Below are positions 53,442 to 63,407 of a DNA stretch of 64,000 nt, one piece after another. Both the position numbers and the translations under genes were made by a program. Positions within the stretch are counted from its first letter, which is position 1. Every line of letters begins with the position of its first letter. The notes beneath the pieces are model-generated. The model saw only the letters and a program-made list of their open reading frames with translations. It did not search any database and was not told where the DNA came from. Location of the stretch: NCBI GenBank assembly GCA_963800785.1, contig CAWDCH010000016.1, forward strand, positions 98,688 to 162,687. The letters are read 5' to 3'. This DNA comes from Vicinamibacteria bacterium. GTDB taxonomy: Bacteria; Acidobacteriota; Vicinamibacteria; Vicinamibacterales; JAENWD01.

Positions 53442-54011
53442 ATGGAAACCGTTGGCGAGACGAGTGACGGCGATCTGGCGCGGGCCATCGCGAGCGCCAC
53501 GCCGGGATCCGCAGAGGCCGCGGAGAGCGAGCTCTATCGCCGCTTTGCACCACGCGTGCGCTTGTACGGGCTGCGGCACCTGCGCGACGAGGATGCGGCG
53601 CGGGATCTGACCCAACAGGTGATGCTTCTCACGATCGAGCGGCTGCGCCGGGGGGAGGTGCGCGACTGCGATCAGATTGGCTCCTTCATCCTCGGCGCCA
53701 GCCGGACCGTGGCGAGAGATGTCGCGCGAAAGGAAAGGCGGCGCGGCCATCTCAGAGACATGTTCATCGACCGAACGTTCATCGCGGGGCCCGCATCCGA
53801 CACGATTCTCGATCTCGATCGGCTGGACGCCTGCCTCACCGCTCTCGGCGAACGCGAGCGCATGGTCGTCACGTCCACCTTCTATGCGGAGCGGACGGCG
53901 GCGCAGGTGGGAAAGGACCTCGGCCTGTCGGAAGGAAACGTCCGGGTGATTCGACATCGTGCGGTGGAACGTCTTCGCCAGTGCATGGCGTCGTCGGAGG
54001 CGGTCCAATGA
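53442..54011 (+). CDS. ECF-type RNA polymerase sigma factor
   Basis: Region 2 is LYRRFAPRVRLYGLRHLRDEDAARDLTQQV. Region 4 is ERTAAQVGKDLGLSEGNVRVIRHRAVERLR. Confidence 0.85.
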   Translation: METVGETSDGDLARAIASATPGSAEAAESELYRRFAPRVRLYGLRHLRDEDAARDLTQQVMLLTIERLRRGEVRDCDQIGSFILGASRTVARDVARKERRRGHLRDMFIDRTFIAGPASDTILDLDRLDACLTALGERERMVVTSTFYAERTAAQVGKDLGLSEGNVRVIRHRAVERLRQCMASSEAVQ

Positions 54012-54571
54012 TCGGGGACTGCGACGCGCCAGTCCGCGACGAGGCGCTGGTGGAGTACTGGTGTGGCGAAATGCCCGCCGACAAGAGCGAGCGCATCGAG
54101 GAGCACCTTTTCGCCTGCGCCGAGTGTGCGCGCCGGCTGCAGCGGCTCATGTCGATCGCGGGCGGGATTGCGGCACTCGCGCGCAGTGGGCGCCTCACCG
54201 GAGTCATCTCGCGCGCGCTGCTCAATCGACTGCAGCGGGATGGCCTCAACGTGCGCGTGTATTCGCTGGCGCCCGGCGAAACGGTGCCGTGCGCCGCGTT
54301 TCCCAGTGACGACCTGCTCGTCGCGGCGCTCCGGGCCGACTTGAGCGGCGTCAGCACAGTCAGGTTGTCGGTGTCGCAGGCGGAGCAGGGCCCGATGGCA
54401 GAAATCACCGACATCCCGGTGCCTCTCGAGGACCATGAGGTCCTGTGGGCCACCCCGGGCGCGCAGGTACGTTCGATGCCGTCCACGCGCCTCCACCTCA
54501 CACTGTCAGTGGCTGGTGGAGACGGTCGGGTGCTCGGCGAATACCGGTTGGACCACTTTGCGACGCCATGA
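54008..54571 (+). CDS. putative anti-sigma factor (zf-HC2 type)
   Basis: Its start overlaps the sigma stop (ATGA). The N-terminal HLFACAECARRL is the H-x3-C-x2-C motif. Confidence 0.65.
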   Translation: MIGDCDAPVRDEALVEYWCGEMPADKSERIEEHLFACAECARRLQRLMSIAGGIAALARSGRLTGVISRALLNRLQRDGLNVRVYSLAPGETVPCAAFPSDDLLVAALRADLSGVSTVRLSVSQAEQGPMAEITDIPVPLEDHEVLWATPGAQVRSMPSTRLHLTLSVAGGDGRVLGEYRLDHFATP

Positions 54572-54593
54572 CGCGGGTTCATTTGAGCAAGAT

Positions 54594-56180
54594 TCATCGT
54601 GCCGCGGCGGAGAGAGAGGCGCGGGCCCGCTCCAGCTCGGGCCTCTTCGCGTCGGCGTGCTGTCCGAGCGCGACGAGCTTCGCGAAATATTCGGCAGCCT
54701 TCTTCGGCTCCCTGGACGCCTGGGCCGCGAGCGCCGCGCCGTAGAGGCCGCGGAAGCGGTTCGGCGTGTCACCGAGCGCGGAGACGTACTCACGGAACGC
54801 TGCCTGCGGGTCTCCGGTCCCTAACAGCAGGTCCCCCAGCAGCTCGCGCATCGGGTAGAGGCGGTTCTCCATCGCCACGTCCTTCACGCTCGCCTGCTCG
54901 CTCTCCGCGGCACTCCGCATTTCGAGCACCGCCTGCTGTTTCTCCCCGGATGCGAGAGCCACCCAAGCCGAGACCGCCCGAATCTGTTCAGCCGTGCGAT
55001 CCGCCCAATAGCCGGTGCCAACCTCGCGAAGTGCGCGCTCCAACGTCGCGAGTACCTCGATCTCACGCGTCGCCCCGGCGACGTCGCCACTCCGCGCCAT
55101 GCCGAGTCCACGGGCGAAGCGTGTCAGCGAATCGGCCTGCGGGTACTCCGTTGTGGTAACCGCCAGCTGCGCCGCGGCCTTCCAATCGCCACGCTCGAGC
55201 GCGTAGCGCGCCGGCATCGCGGCAAGCGCCGTGAAATTGACGATCGTCACGGGCCGATCGCCGCGCACGGGCGTCGACGTCGCTTTGTCGATCAGCGCCT
55301 TTGCCTTGCCGTCCTGCGCCAGCTGCAGATACGCGTACACCGCGAAGTCCGCGGCGTGATAGTAGTCGGGCTGGATCTCGAGCGCTGACAGATTCGAGCG
55401 AATCGAGTCCTCCCACATACCAACCATCGAGTAGATATGAGCCGGCATATGCCGCGCGTGCGGAACGGCGGGCGCGATGGCGGCGTAGCGTCGGGCTGCC
55501 GGAATGCCTCTTTCTGCGAGCGGCGCGTAGTCGTAAGCGTGGATGATCAAGTGCGTGGCCCCAGGATGGCGCGGATGGTTCGCGTACACACGCTCCAGAA
55601 TGGCGGCCGACTCGAGCTGGTTGGCGTACGTCAGATCGTTCTTGGGCGCTGACGCCTGGAGCGTCAAGGCGTAGAAGACCTGCGCGTCGACATCCTCCGG
55701 ATATCGTGCGGCCAGGCTCTTCATCGCGGCGTTATAGGCGACGAGGCGATCGGCCACAGGAACAGTGTCGTGATTGCGAAAGTACGCGCGCACCGCATCC
55801 AGCCACGCAGCCTCGCGCTCTGTCTTGATGGGAATCGCGCGCGCGTCCTCCAGCAGCGTCCACGCGGCGTTGGCATTCGGGCGCGATGGCGGTGCGGCGA
55901 GCGTGTTGCCGAGGAGATCGAGGGCCAGCCCCCAGTACGCAATGACGCAGCCAGGGTCCTTCTCCAGGACACTGCGGAATGTCTTGCCGGCAGAGCCGAA
56001 CCAGTAGGAGTGCAACATCGCGACGCCGCGTTGGAACTCTGTGTGCGCGGCGGGCGTGCACGATGTTGCGAAGTCGACCGTCCCCAGGTCGTCACCGTGG
56101 CCGTCATGGACTGACGGCGACTGCTGCAGCGGCGAAGAGGTGACGAGGCCGGCGACGAGCACAGCGAGGACGAGTTTCAC
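54594..56180 (-). CDS. secreted helical-repeat (TPR-like) hypothetical protein
   Basis: A signal peptide (MKLVLAVLVAGLV) is followed by 528 aa with Ala/Leu-rich helical-repeat composition. Confidence 0.5.
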   Translation of the reverse strand: MKLVLAVLVAGLVTSSPLQQSPSVHDGHGDDLGTVDFATSCTPAAHTEFQRGVAMLHSYWFGSAGKTFRSVLEKDPGCVIAYWGLALDLLGNTLAAPPSRPNANAAWTLLEDARAIPIKTEREAAWLDAVRAYFRNHDTVPVADRLVAYNAAMKSLAARYPEDVDAQVFYALTLQASAPKNDLTYANQLESAAILERVYANHPRHPGATHLIIHAYDYAPLAERGIPAARRYAAIAPAVPHARHMPAHIYSMVGMWEDSIRSNLSALEIQPDYYHAADFAVYAYLQLAQDGKAKALIDKATSTPVRGDRPVTIVNFTALAAMPARYALERGDWKAAAQLAVTTTEYPQADSLTRFARGLGMARSGDVAGATREIEVLATLERALREVGTGYWADRTAEQIRAVSAWVALASGEKQQAVLEMRSAAESEQASVKDVAMENRLYPMRELLGDLLLGTGDPQAAFREYVSALGDTPNRFRGLYGAALAAQASREPKKAAEYFAKLVALGQHADAKRPELERARASLSAAAR

Positions 56181-56332
56181 CAGCGCTTGCCCGGAATTCG
56201 GTCGGATTCTAGCACCGCGCCGCGGTCAGACTCATGAGTCTGTCAATGGCTCGTGGTGATTGCCGGGGGCTCGGCGAGCTGTGGCTGCGCCTGCTGAGTC
56301 AGCTGCGAGGCTGGGTCGCTGGGCGGCCTCAG

Positions 56333-58358
56333 TCACCAGACGGAGCATCGGTCGGCCGGCGACCGCACCATGACTGCATTGGCCGGGCACGAGAACGCCT
56401 TCTGGAATTCGGGCAGATTCGACAGCGGGCCGATTACCCGGTACTTCGCGACCGGGTGCGGATCGTTCTGCACCATCGTCCGCGCGAACTCGGGACGGAC
56501 GGCATCGCCGCGGAACTGACCCCAGGCGATGAAGAACTGTTGATCGGGCGTGAAGCCGTCAACGGCCGGCAGCGGCGGCTTCCCTCGCTGCGAGAGCTGG
56601 AACGCGCGATACGCGATCCGGGCGCCGGCGAGATCGCCGATGCTTTCCCCGAGCACGAGCTTCCCGTTGTGGTGGATACCCGGCTCGATGAAGTAGCCCT
56701 CGAACTGTTTGACCACGCAGGCGCCGCGCTCCTGGAAGCGGGTGAGATCATCAGGGGCCCACCAGTTGTGGAGTCGACCCTGCGCGTCGAACTGCGCTCC
56801 CTCATCGTCGAAGCCATGACTGATCTCATGGCCGACGACGACGCCGATGGCGCCGTAGTTCACGGCGTCGTTGGCATCCATCGAGAACGCCGGCGGCTGA
56901 AGGATGCCGGCAGGGAAGACAATCTCGTTGAGCAGCGGGTTGTAGTAGGCGTCGGACGTGGGCGGCGTCATGCCCCAGCGGCCGCGATCGACCGGTTTGC
57001 CGATCGTTGAGAGGTTGTCGTGCACGCCAAACCGCCGCGCCGCGACGACATCGTCCCAGTACCGATGTGCGCGTGATCAAGACGCGGCTGTAATCCTTCC
57101 ACTTGTCCGGATAGCCAATCTTCGGGTTGAACGTCGCGAGCTTCTCCAGCGCGCGTTCCCGCGTCTCGTCGCTCATCCAATCCAGCCCACGAATCGTTTC
57201 GCCCATCGCGGCGAGCAGGTTCCTGACCATTTCCTGGACGCGAGCCTTGGCGGCCGGCGGGAAGTAGCGTGCCACGTACTTCTGGCCCAGCGCTTCGCCA
57301 AGCAGGTCGTCGGTAGCCTCGGCGCAGCGGATCGCTCGCGGCTTCAGCGCCGTTGCGCCCGCAAGAAAGGCTCCCTTGAAGGCGAAGTCTTCGTCCACGA
57401 ACGCGGCCGACAGCGACGGCGCCGCCGAATCCAGCAGCTGCCAGTTGAAATACGTCTTCCAGTCGTCGATGGGCGCTGTCGTCAGCAGTCGACTGACGGC
57501 TTCGAGAAATCTTGGCTCCTCGACGTTCACATCGTTCGTCGGCAACTCGAAGTGGCGAAAGTAGCCGGACCAGTCGAACGCCGGCGTCAGCGCCTGCAGT
57601 TCGGCGAAGCGCGTCTTGTGATCGGTGGCTTTCGGATCGCGGCGCGCGACATTGTCGAGCGATGCTTCGGCGAGCTGCTTCTCGAATCGAACGATCGTAT
57701 CGGCCGCGGTCCTGGCGCTCGCCTCGCCGGGCCCGGCGAGCGCAAACATTTTGGCGACGTGGGCGATGTACTTCTCCCGGGCCTCGACGAACCGCTGATC
57801 CGGCTTCAGGTAGTAGTCGCGGTCGGGCATGCCGAGGCCGCTGGCGAGGATGTGGGCGATGACTTCCGTCGGGTTGTTGTTGTCGGATTGGCCGAACACC
57901 GCGAACGGTACTGGGATCGAGAGCTCGTGGAACGTGGCGATCATTCGCGCCACGTCGTCGCGCGTTTGCATCGCGTCGATTCTGGCGAATAGTGGTTGCA
58001 GAGGCGTGACACCCTGACGGTTGGCCTCGGCTTCGTTCATGCAGGCGCCGTAGAAGTCGCCGATCAGCTGATCCACGCTGCCCTTCGGATGGCTCGTGTC
58101 CTTCGACGCGACGTCGAGAATCTCCCGCAGCTGCTCCTTCGTTGATTCGCCGGCCGCCCAACGACGGCTCCAGCGCGGCATCGCCGCAGGGATGGGATTC
58201 GCGGCGCGCCATGCGCCGTTGGCGAACTGGAAGAAGTCGTCGCATGGCGCGACGCTGCGGTCGAGATCCGCGACCCAGATGCCGCGTTGCGTGCCCTCCT
58301 GTGAGAAGGCAGGCGCAGCAACCGCGAGAAAGACGACGAGGGCGACGGAGATATTCAT
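56333..58358 (-). pseudogene. M13-family (neprilysin/PepO-like) zinc metallopeptidase with a single frameshift
   Basis: The N-terminal frame (from MNISVALVVFLAV) has CDDFFQFANGAW. The C-terminal frame has VVGHEISHGFD (HExxH) and GESIGDLAG. The frames switch between ...LITRTS and YWDDVVAARRFGVHDN at ~57061-57064. Confidence 0.8.
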
Positions 58359-58404
58359 TAGTGCCGGCCTGAATGCTACATTACGGCCCGCTGGGGAGTG
58401 GCTC

Positions 58405-60153
58405 ATGCGTCACAGCCGTTCGGTATTTGGTCCCTGCCTTCTCGTGATCTGTGCCCTGACAGCGATGGGCGCGCACCAAGACACACATCTCAGCGGGATC
58501 AGATTCGCTGTCTCTTTCCCCGCGGCGCTGTCCAGCGACGCGCTCGACGGTCGTCTCGTCCTGATGTTGTCCACCGACGACAGTGCTGAGCCGCGGTTTC
58601 AGATTCTCGACGGCCCCCGCACGCAACAGGCGTTCGGGGTTGATGTGGATCGGTGGCAGCCTGGCACTGACGCGATCCTGGACAGCCGCGTCCTCGGTTA
58701 TCCGCGTGAAAGTCTGACCGACGTGCCGGCAGGCACCTATACAGTGCAGGCCCTCCTGCATCGGTACGATACCTTTTCACGCGCCGACGGCCGCACGGTG
58801 AAGCTGCCGATGGATCGAGGGGAAGGTCAGCAGTGGAACCGCGCACCCGGGAATTTCTATAGCACGCCGAAGCGGATCACGATTGATCCGGCGCGCGGCG
58901 AGACCATCACGGTGTCGCTCGATTCGAAGATACCGGTGATTCCCGATCCGCCCGAAACGAGGTACATCAAGCACGTCCGCATCCAGAGCGGGCGGCTGAC
59001 GAAATTCTGGGGTCGCCCGATGTTTCTCGGGGCGCACGTGCTGCTGCCGGAAGGCTTCGACTCGCACCCGGATGCGCGCTATCCGCTGGTCATCTTTCAC
59101 GGGCACTTCCCATCGACGTTCGACGGGTTTCGCGAGGAGCCGCCGGACCCGGCGCTGAAGTGCGAATACAGCGAACGCTTTCACCTGGACTGCTACAACC
59201 GGATCGAGCAGCAGTTCGCACACCAGTTCTACAAGGATTGGACCGGCTCGAACTTTCCCCGGTTCCTCCTCATCGAGATTCAGCACGCCAATCCGTTCTA
59301 CGACGACTCGTACGCCGTGAATTCGGCGAATGTGGGCCCGTATGGCGACGCGATCACCTACGAGCTGATTCCGGAAATCGAGAAGCGTTTCCGTGCGATC
59401 GGCAAGGGCTGGGCGCGGTTCATGTACGGCGGATCGACCGGGGGCTGGGAAGCGATGGGCGCGCAGATTTTCTATCCCGACGAGTACAACGGCTGTTGGG
59501 CGGCTTGCCCCGATCCGGTGGACTTCCGCGCCTACACGGTCGTCGACATCTACCGTGACAAGAACGCGTACTTTCTCGATTCCTTCTGGAAGCGCACACC
59601 GCGGCCCGGAATGCGAGACTGGCTCGGCCACGTCAGCACGACGCTCGAAGAGATGAATCGGCGGGAACTGGTGCTCGGCACGAAGACGCGGTCGGGTCAA
59701 CAGTGGGACATCTGGGAAGCGGTCTTCTCGCCTGTTGGAGAGGACGGCTATCCGAAGCGGATTTTCGACAAGCGCACGGGCGAGATCGATCGCACGGTTG
59801 CCGAGTACTGGAAGGAACGCTACGATCTCTCGTTCATCCTGCAGCGCGACTGGGACAAGGGACTGGGCGCGAAGCTGGCCGGCAAGATCAACATCTACGT
59901 CGGCGACATGGACAACTATTACTTGAACAACGCCGTCTATCTGATCGAGGACGTGCTGAAGGCGAGGACAAATCCGCCATTCGGCGGCGAGATCGACTAC
60001 GGCGATCGCGCGGAGCACTGCTGGAACGGCGACCACACGCGGCCCAATGCGGAATCCCGCCTGCGCTACCACCAGATGTTCGCGCCGAAGATCGTCGAAC
60101 GGGTTCAGAAGAGCGCGCCGCCCGGCGCCGATCTCACGAGCTGGCGCTATTAG
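58405..60153 (+). CDS. secreted hypothetical protein, possibly alpha/beta-hydrolase-like
   Basis: The internal start MRHSRSVFGPCLLVICALTAMGA (signal) is preceded by GGGGAG. A GGSTGGWEA motif is reminiscent of a nucleophile elbow. Family not recognised. Confidence 0.5.
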   Translation: MRHSRSVFGPCLLVICALTAMGAHQDTHLSGIRFAVSFPAALSSDALDGRLVLMLSTDDSAEPRFQILDGPRTQQAFGVDVDRWQPGTDAILDSRVLGYPRESLTDVPAGTYTVQALLHRYDTFSRADGRTVKLPMDRGEGQQWNRAPGNFYSTPKRITIDPARGETITVSLDSKIPVIPDPPETRYIKHVRIQSGRLTKFWGRPMFLGAHVLLPEGFDSHPDARYPLVIFHGHFPSTFDGFREEPPDPALKCEYSERFHLDCYNRIEQQFAHQFYKDWTGSNFPRFLLIEIQHANPFYDDSYAVNSANVGPYGDAITYELIPEIEKRFRAIGKGWARFMYGGSTGGWEAMGAQIFYPDEYNGCWAACPDPVDFRAYTVVDIYRDKNAYFLDSFWKRTPRPGMRDWLGHVSTTLEEMNRRELVLGTKTRSGQQWDIWEAVFSPVGEDGYPKRIFDKRTGEIDRTVAEYWKERYDLSFILQRDWDKGLGAKLAGKINIYVGDMDNYYLNNAVYLIEDVLKARTNPPFGGEIDYGDRAEHCWNGDHTRPNAESRLRYHQMFAPKIVERVQKSAPPGADLTSWRY

Positions 60154-60258
60154 CGCTCCGCCAGACGGGCCACCGTGGCGGCGACGTGGGCTGCGGGCGA
60201 CGCCCGGACTTCACGTCTCACGGGCCGCAGGACAGCCGTCATCAGCGAGCCGAACGCG

Positions 60259-61575
60259 ATGAAGACACCTGTAGAGCAGTTCCAGAGGGCCTTGTGCGAT
60301 GGCGATGTGGCGCAGGTCAGAACGTTGCTGTCCGATCACCCCGAGGTTCGCGGCGCGGTGAACGACCCAATCGCGGAGTTCGGCGCCCGGCCGATCGCCG
60401 TCGCGCAAAAAAACCTGCCTCTCCTCGACGTGCTGCTGGAGTACGGCGCCGATCTCAATCTGAAGAGCACCTGGTGGGCTGGCGGATTCGGCGTGCTGGA
60501 CGAATGCACACCGGAAGAAGCCCCGGCGCTCATCGCGCGTGGCGCCATCGTGGACATCTTCGCCGCAGCGCGACTCGGCATGTTCGAGCGTCTACGCGCG
60601 TTGCTGGCCGAAGACCCTTCGCTCGTCCATGCGCGCGGCGGCGATGGCAAGATGCCGCTCCATTGGGCGTCAACCGTTGATATCGCGCGTTATCTGCTGG
60701 ATCATGGCGCCGATCCCGAGGCTCGCGACGTCGATCACGAGTCCACACCTGCCCAGTATCTCGTTCGCGATGTGCCCGAGGTGACGCGCCTGCTGATCGA
60801 TCGCGGCGCCTCGGTCGACATCTTCATGGCCGTGGGACTTCGAGACGCCGCGCTCGTCGACCGTTGCTTGCGCGCCGATCCCGAGGCGCTCGACCACCGC
60901 ACGTGGCACGGGCAGTACTCGGTGGCGCACAACGGCTCGCGCCCCGCCACTCGTGAGGAGATCGGCGATCGCCGCGGCGACATCTACCGCTGGGTGTTCG
61001 GCCACAACGTCTCGGCGCTCGACGCTGCGGCTCAACTTGGCGACGACGAGATCCTGGCGCAGCTCCTGGCGTCCGCAACACCCGTGCAGCGTCTGCTGGC
61101 GGCGTGCGTTCGCGGTGACCGCGCCGCGGCCAACGCCGTCCTTGCGGAACACCCGGATCTGATCCGCCAGCTCACGCCGGACCAGCAGCGCCTTCTGCCG
61201 GATCGCGCGCATGCCAACGACACGAGGAGCGTCGCGTTGATGCTCGATCTCGCCTTCGATCCGCGCGTCCCTGGCGTCGATGATGCCGAGGCGATTCGAT
61301 GGGCCGTCTTCCACGGCAACGCGGAGCTGACGCGGCTGCTCCTGCGACACGATCCACCGATTCGGGTTCGCGATCGTCGCTACAACGGCACCCTTATCGG
61401 GTGGTGTATCTACGGCGCCCTCCACGGATGGCGCCGAACGACGGGAGACTTTGCTTCGACGGCGCGGTTGCTGCTCGACGCGGGCGAGCAACTCGATCCC
61501 GGCGTGCTGCCGACGGGTCGCGCAGATCTCGATGCTGTACTGAGTCACGGATCGACGGGGACCGCCACAGACTGA
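60259..61575 (+). CDS. ankyrin-repeat protein
   Basis: Repeated ankyrin signatures are present (LLEYGADLN, GDGKMPLHWAS...ARYLLDHGADPEARD, LLIDRGASVD). The last ~10 codons and the stop lie inside the downstream repeat array. Confidence 0.8.
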   Translation: MKTPVEQFQRALCDGDVAQVRTLLSDHPEVRGAVNDPIAEFGARPIAVAQKNLPLLDVLLEYGADLNLKSTWWAGGFGVLDECTPEEAPALIARGAIVDIFAAARLGMFERLRALLAEDPSLVHARGGDGKMPLHWASTVDIARYLLDHGADPEARDVDHESTPAQYLVRDVPEVTRLLIDRGASVDIFMAVGLRDAALVDRCLRADPEALDHRTWHGQYSVAHNGSRPATREEIGDRRGDIYRWVFGHNVSALDAAAQLGDDEILAQLLASATPVQRLLAACVRGDRAAANAVLAEHPDLIRQLTPDQQRLLPDRAHANDTRSVALMLDLAFDPRVPGVDDAEAIRWAVFHGNAELTRLLLRHDPPIRVRDRRYNGTLIGWCIYGALHGWRRTTGDFASTARLLLDAGEQLDPGVLPTGRADLDAVLSHGSTGTATD

Positions 61576-62400
61576 AGGATCGCGGACAGTCACGGATCGA
61601 CTGCGTCCACGTATTGGCACGGACCATCATGGATCGAGAGAACGGTCACGCAGGGCCCAGGACACTCACGGAATAACTGATCATGCTGCCCGCGGACGGC
61701 GGATGAGCACGGACTCAGAGCGTTCACGGACTGACGCGAATGGCCACGGACATTCACAAGTCAACGGGTCACGGACGCGCGCCGATGGGTACGGATTGGG
61801 ACTAGTCACGGACGGACGCGGACGTACGCGGAAGGTCTCGGACTAATTGTCACGGATTGGCGCGCAAGGTCATGGAGCGACGCGACGTCACGGACCGCGG
61901 ATGGGCACGGCCTCAGAGCGGTCACGGACGGACGCGGATGGCCACGGACACTCACAAATCAACTGGTCACAGACGCAAATGGGTACGGATTTCGGAGTAG
62001 TCACGGATTGACGCGGACAGTCGCGGACTACCGTCGCGGATGGCCCGGAAGGTCATGGATCAAGGCAACGTCTAGGACCGCGGACGGGCATGGACTTACG
62101 GTCACGGACGCGCACGGCCACGGACACTCGCGGAACAACATTGCACTGACGCCCGCGGATGGGTACGGATTTCGGAGTGGTCACAGACTGACGCGGACGG
62201 CTACGACCATTCACGAGTCAACTGGTCACGGATAGCATCGACCGCCACGGACAATCCCGGATTCCGTCACCGATTGGCACGGAAGGTCACGGACCTGCGC
62301 AACGTCGCGGTCGCCACGGACCTTCACCGATCAACGGGTCGGACACCGCAGACAAGCCCGGATTCGGAGTGGTCACTTTGACGGCGGACGTAGGCGGACC
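61540..62400 (+). repeat. left arm of the foldback-like array: degenerate CACGGAC/GCGGAC motif on the top strand
   Basis: I counted about 50 CGGA-core motifs on the top strand and about 1 TCCG. A higher-order period of ~180-200 bp is visible (GGCCACGGACA at 61742 and 61940; GGGTACGGATT at 61788, 61981 and 62161). Confidence 0.85.
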
Positions 62401-62640
62401 ACGCCACAACCATGGCCGTCGCCGGAACTCTTCTCTATAGGCATTGGGCCGCCACGCTGCAGTAGACGATCAGTGTGTCGCGCTCCGGGTGCCGCTCGGA
62501 ACTACCAGTGGTGTGTGGCTGCTTTCTTTTGCCCACACCGTCGTCGAGGGAACCACGCTCGTCGAGACAAAGGCCCGCTCCCTTCGAATCGATGGTCGCG
62601 CTGTAGCGCAGCTCGAGACTGTCTGATGTTTGCAAATCGT

Positions 62641-63390
62641 GTGTGTCCGTGTCCGTCTGTGACGTTGTCTGATGTCCGTGGCCGTTGGTGTCGCCGGCGA
62701 CCTGGTTGTTGTCCGTGGTGGTCCACGTCGGTCCGCGACGCGTCGGAGTCCGTTGGTCCGCGTCCGTGATGTGTCTGACGTCCGTGGCCGTCGGTGTCGC
62801 CGGCGACCTGTCTGTTGTCCGTGGTAGTCCGCGTCGGTCCGCGACCTGTCCGAATCCGTGTTGGTCCCTGTCCGTCCGTGTTGTGTCTGACGTCGGTGCC
62901 AGTCCGCATCAATCCGCGACCTGTCCGAATCCGTGTTGGTCCCTGTCCGTCCGTGTTGTGTCTGACGTCGGTGCCAGTCCGCGTCGGTCCGCGACCTGTC
63001 TGTTGTCCGTGGTAGTCCGCGTCGGTCCGCGACCTGTCCGAATCCGTGTTGGTCCCTGTCCGTCCATGTTGTGTCTGACGTCGGTGCCAGTCCGCATCGA
63101 TCCGCGACCTGTCTGATGTCCGTGGGGTCCGCGTCCGTCCGTGATCTGTCCGAGTCCGTGTGTGTCCGTATCCGTCCGTGACGTTGTCTGACGTCCGTGG
63201 CCGTCGGTGTCGCCGGCCACCGGTCTGTTGTCCGTGGTAGTCCGTGTCTGTCCGTGACCAGTCTGATGTCCCTGCAGTCTGCGTCGGTCCGTGACCCGTT
63301 TGAAGTCTGGTGATAGTACGTGCTCGTCCGTGACCCCAACTTCGGCGCCGTCCGTGACCGCGACGTCGAGCAGCGACGTCGACCCGCGAC
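62641..63390 (-). repeat. right arm of the foldback-like array: the same motif family in inverted orientation (GTCCGTG/GTCCGCG on the top strand)
   Basis: I counted about 48 TCCG-core motifs on the top strand and about 1 CGGA. The top strand is A-poor. Some segments match the left arm in reverse complement. Confidence 0.85.
62846..63108. repeat. near-identical 75-bp tandem units within the right arm
   Basis: The units are at 62846-62920, 62921-62995 and 63034-63108, and match at 72-73 of 75 positions. A 38-bp partial unit at 62996-63033 separates the second and third. Confidence 0.85.
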
Positions 63391-63407
63391 CGGGTTAAAG
63401 TGGAGTG

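Noticed and set aside
62401-62640. dif/XerCD site or Ter-like site in the unique core between the converging motif arrays
   Set aside because: No sequence resembles the conserved XerD arm (TTATGTTAAAT) or the central hexamer context. GATGTTTGCAAAT at ~62625 is too poor a match to call.
61540-63390. CRISPR array interpretation of the repeat locus
   Set aside because: There is no constant-length direct repeat alternating with unique spacers. The motif is short (7-10 nt), degenerate and irregularly spaced, and it is inverted between the two halves. No cas genes are in the window.
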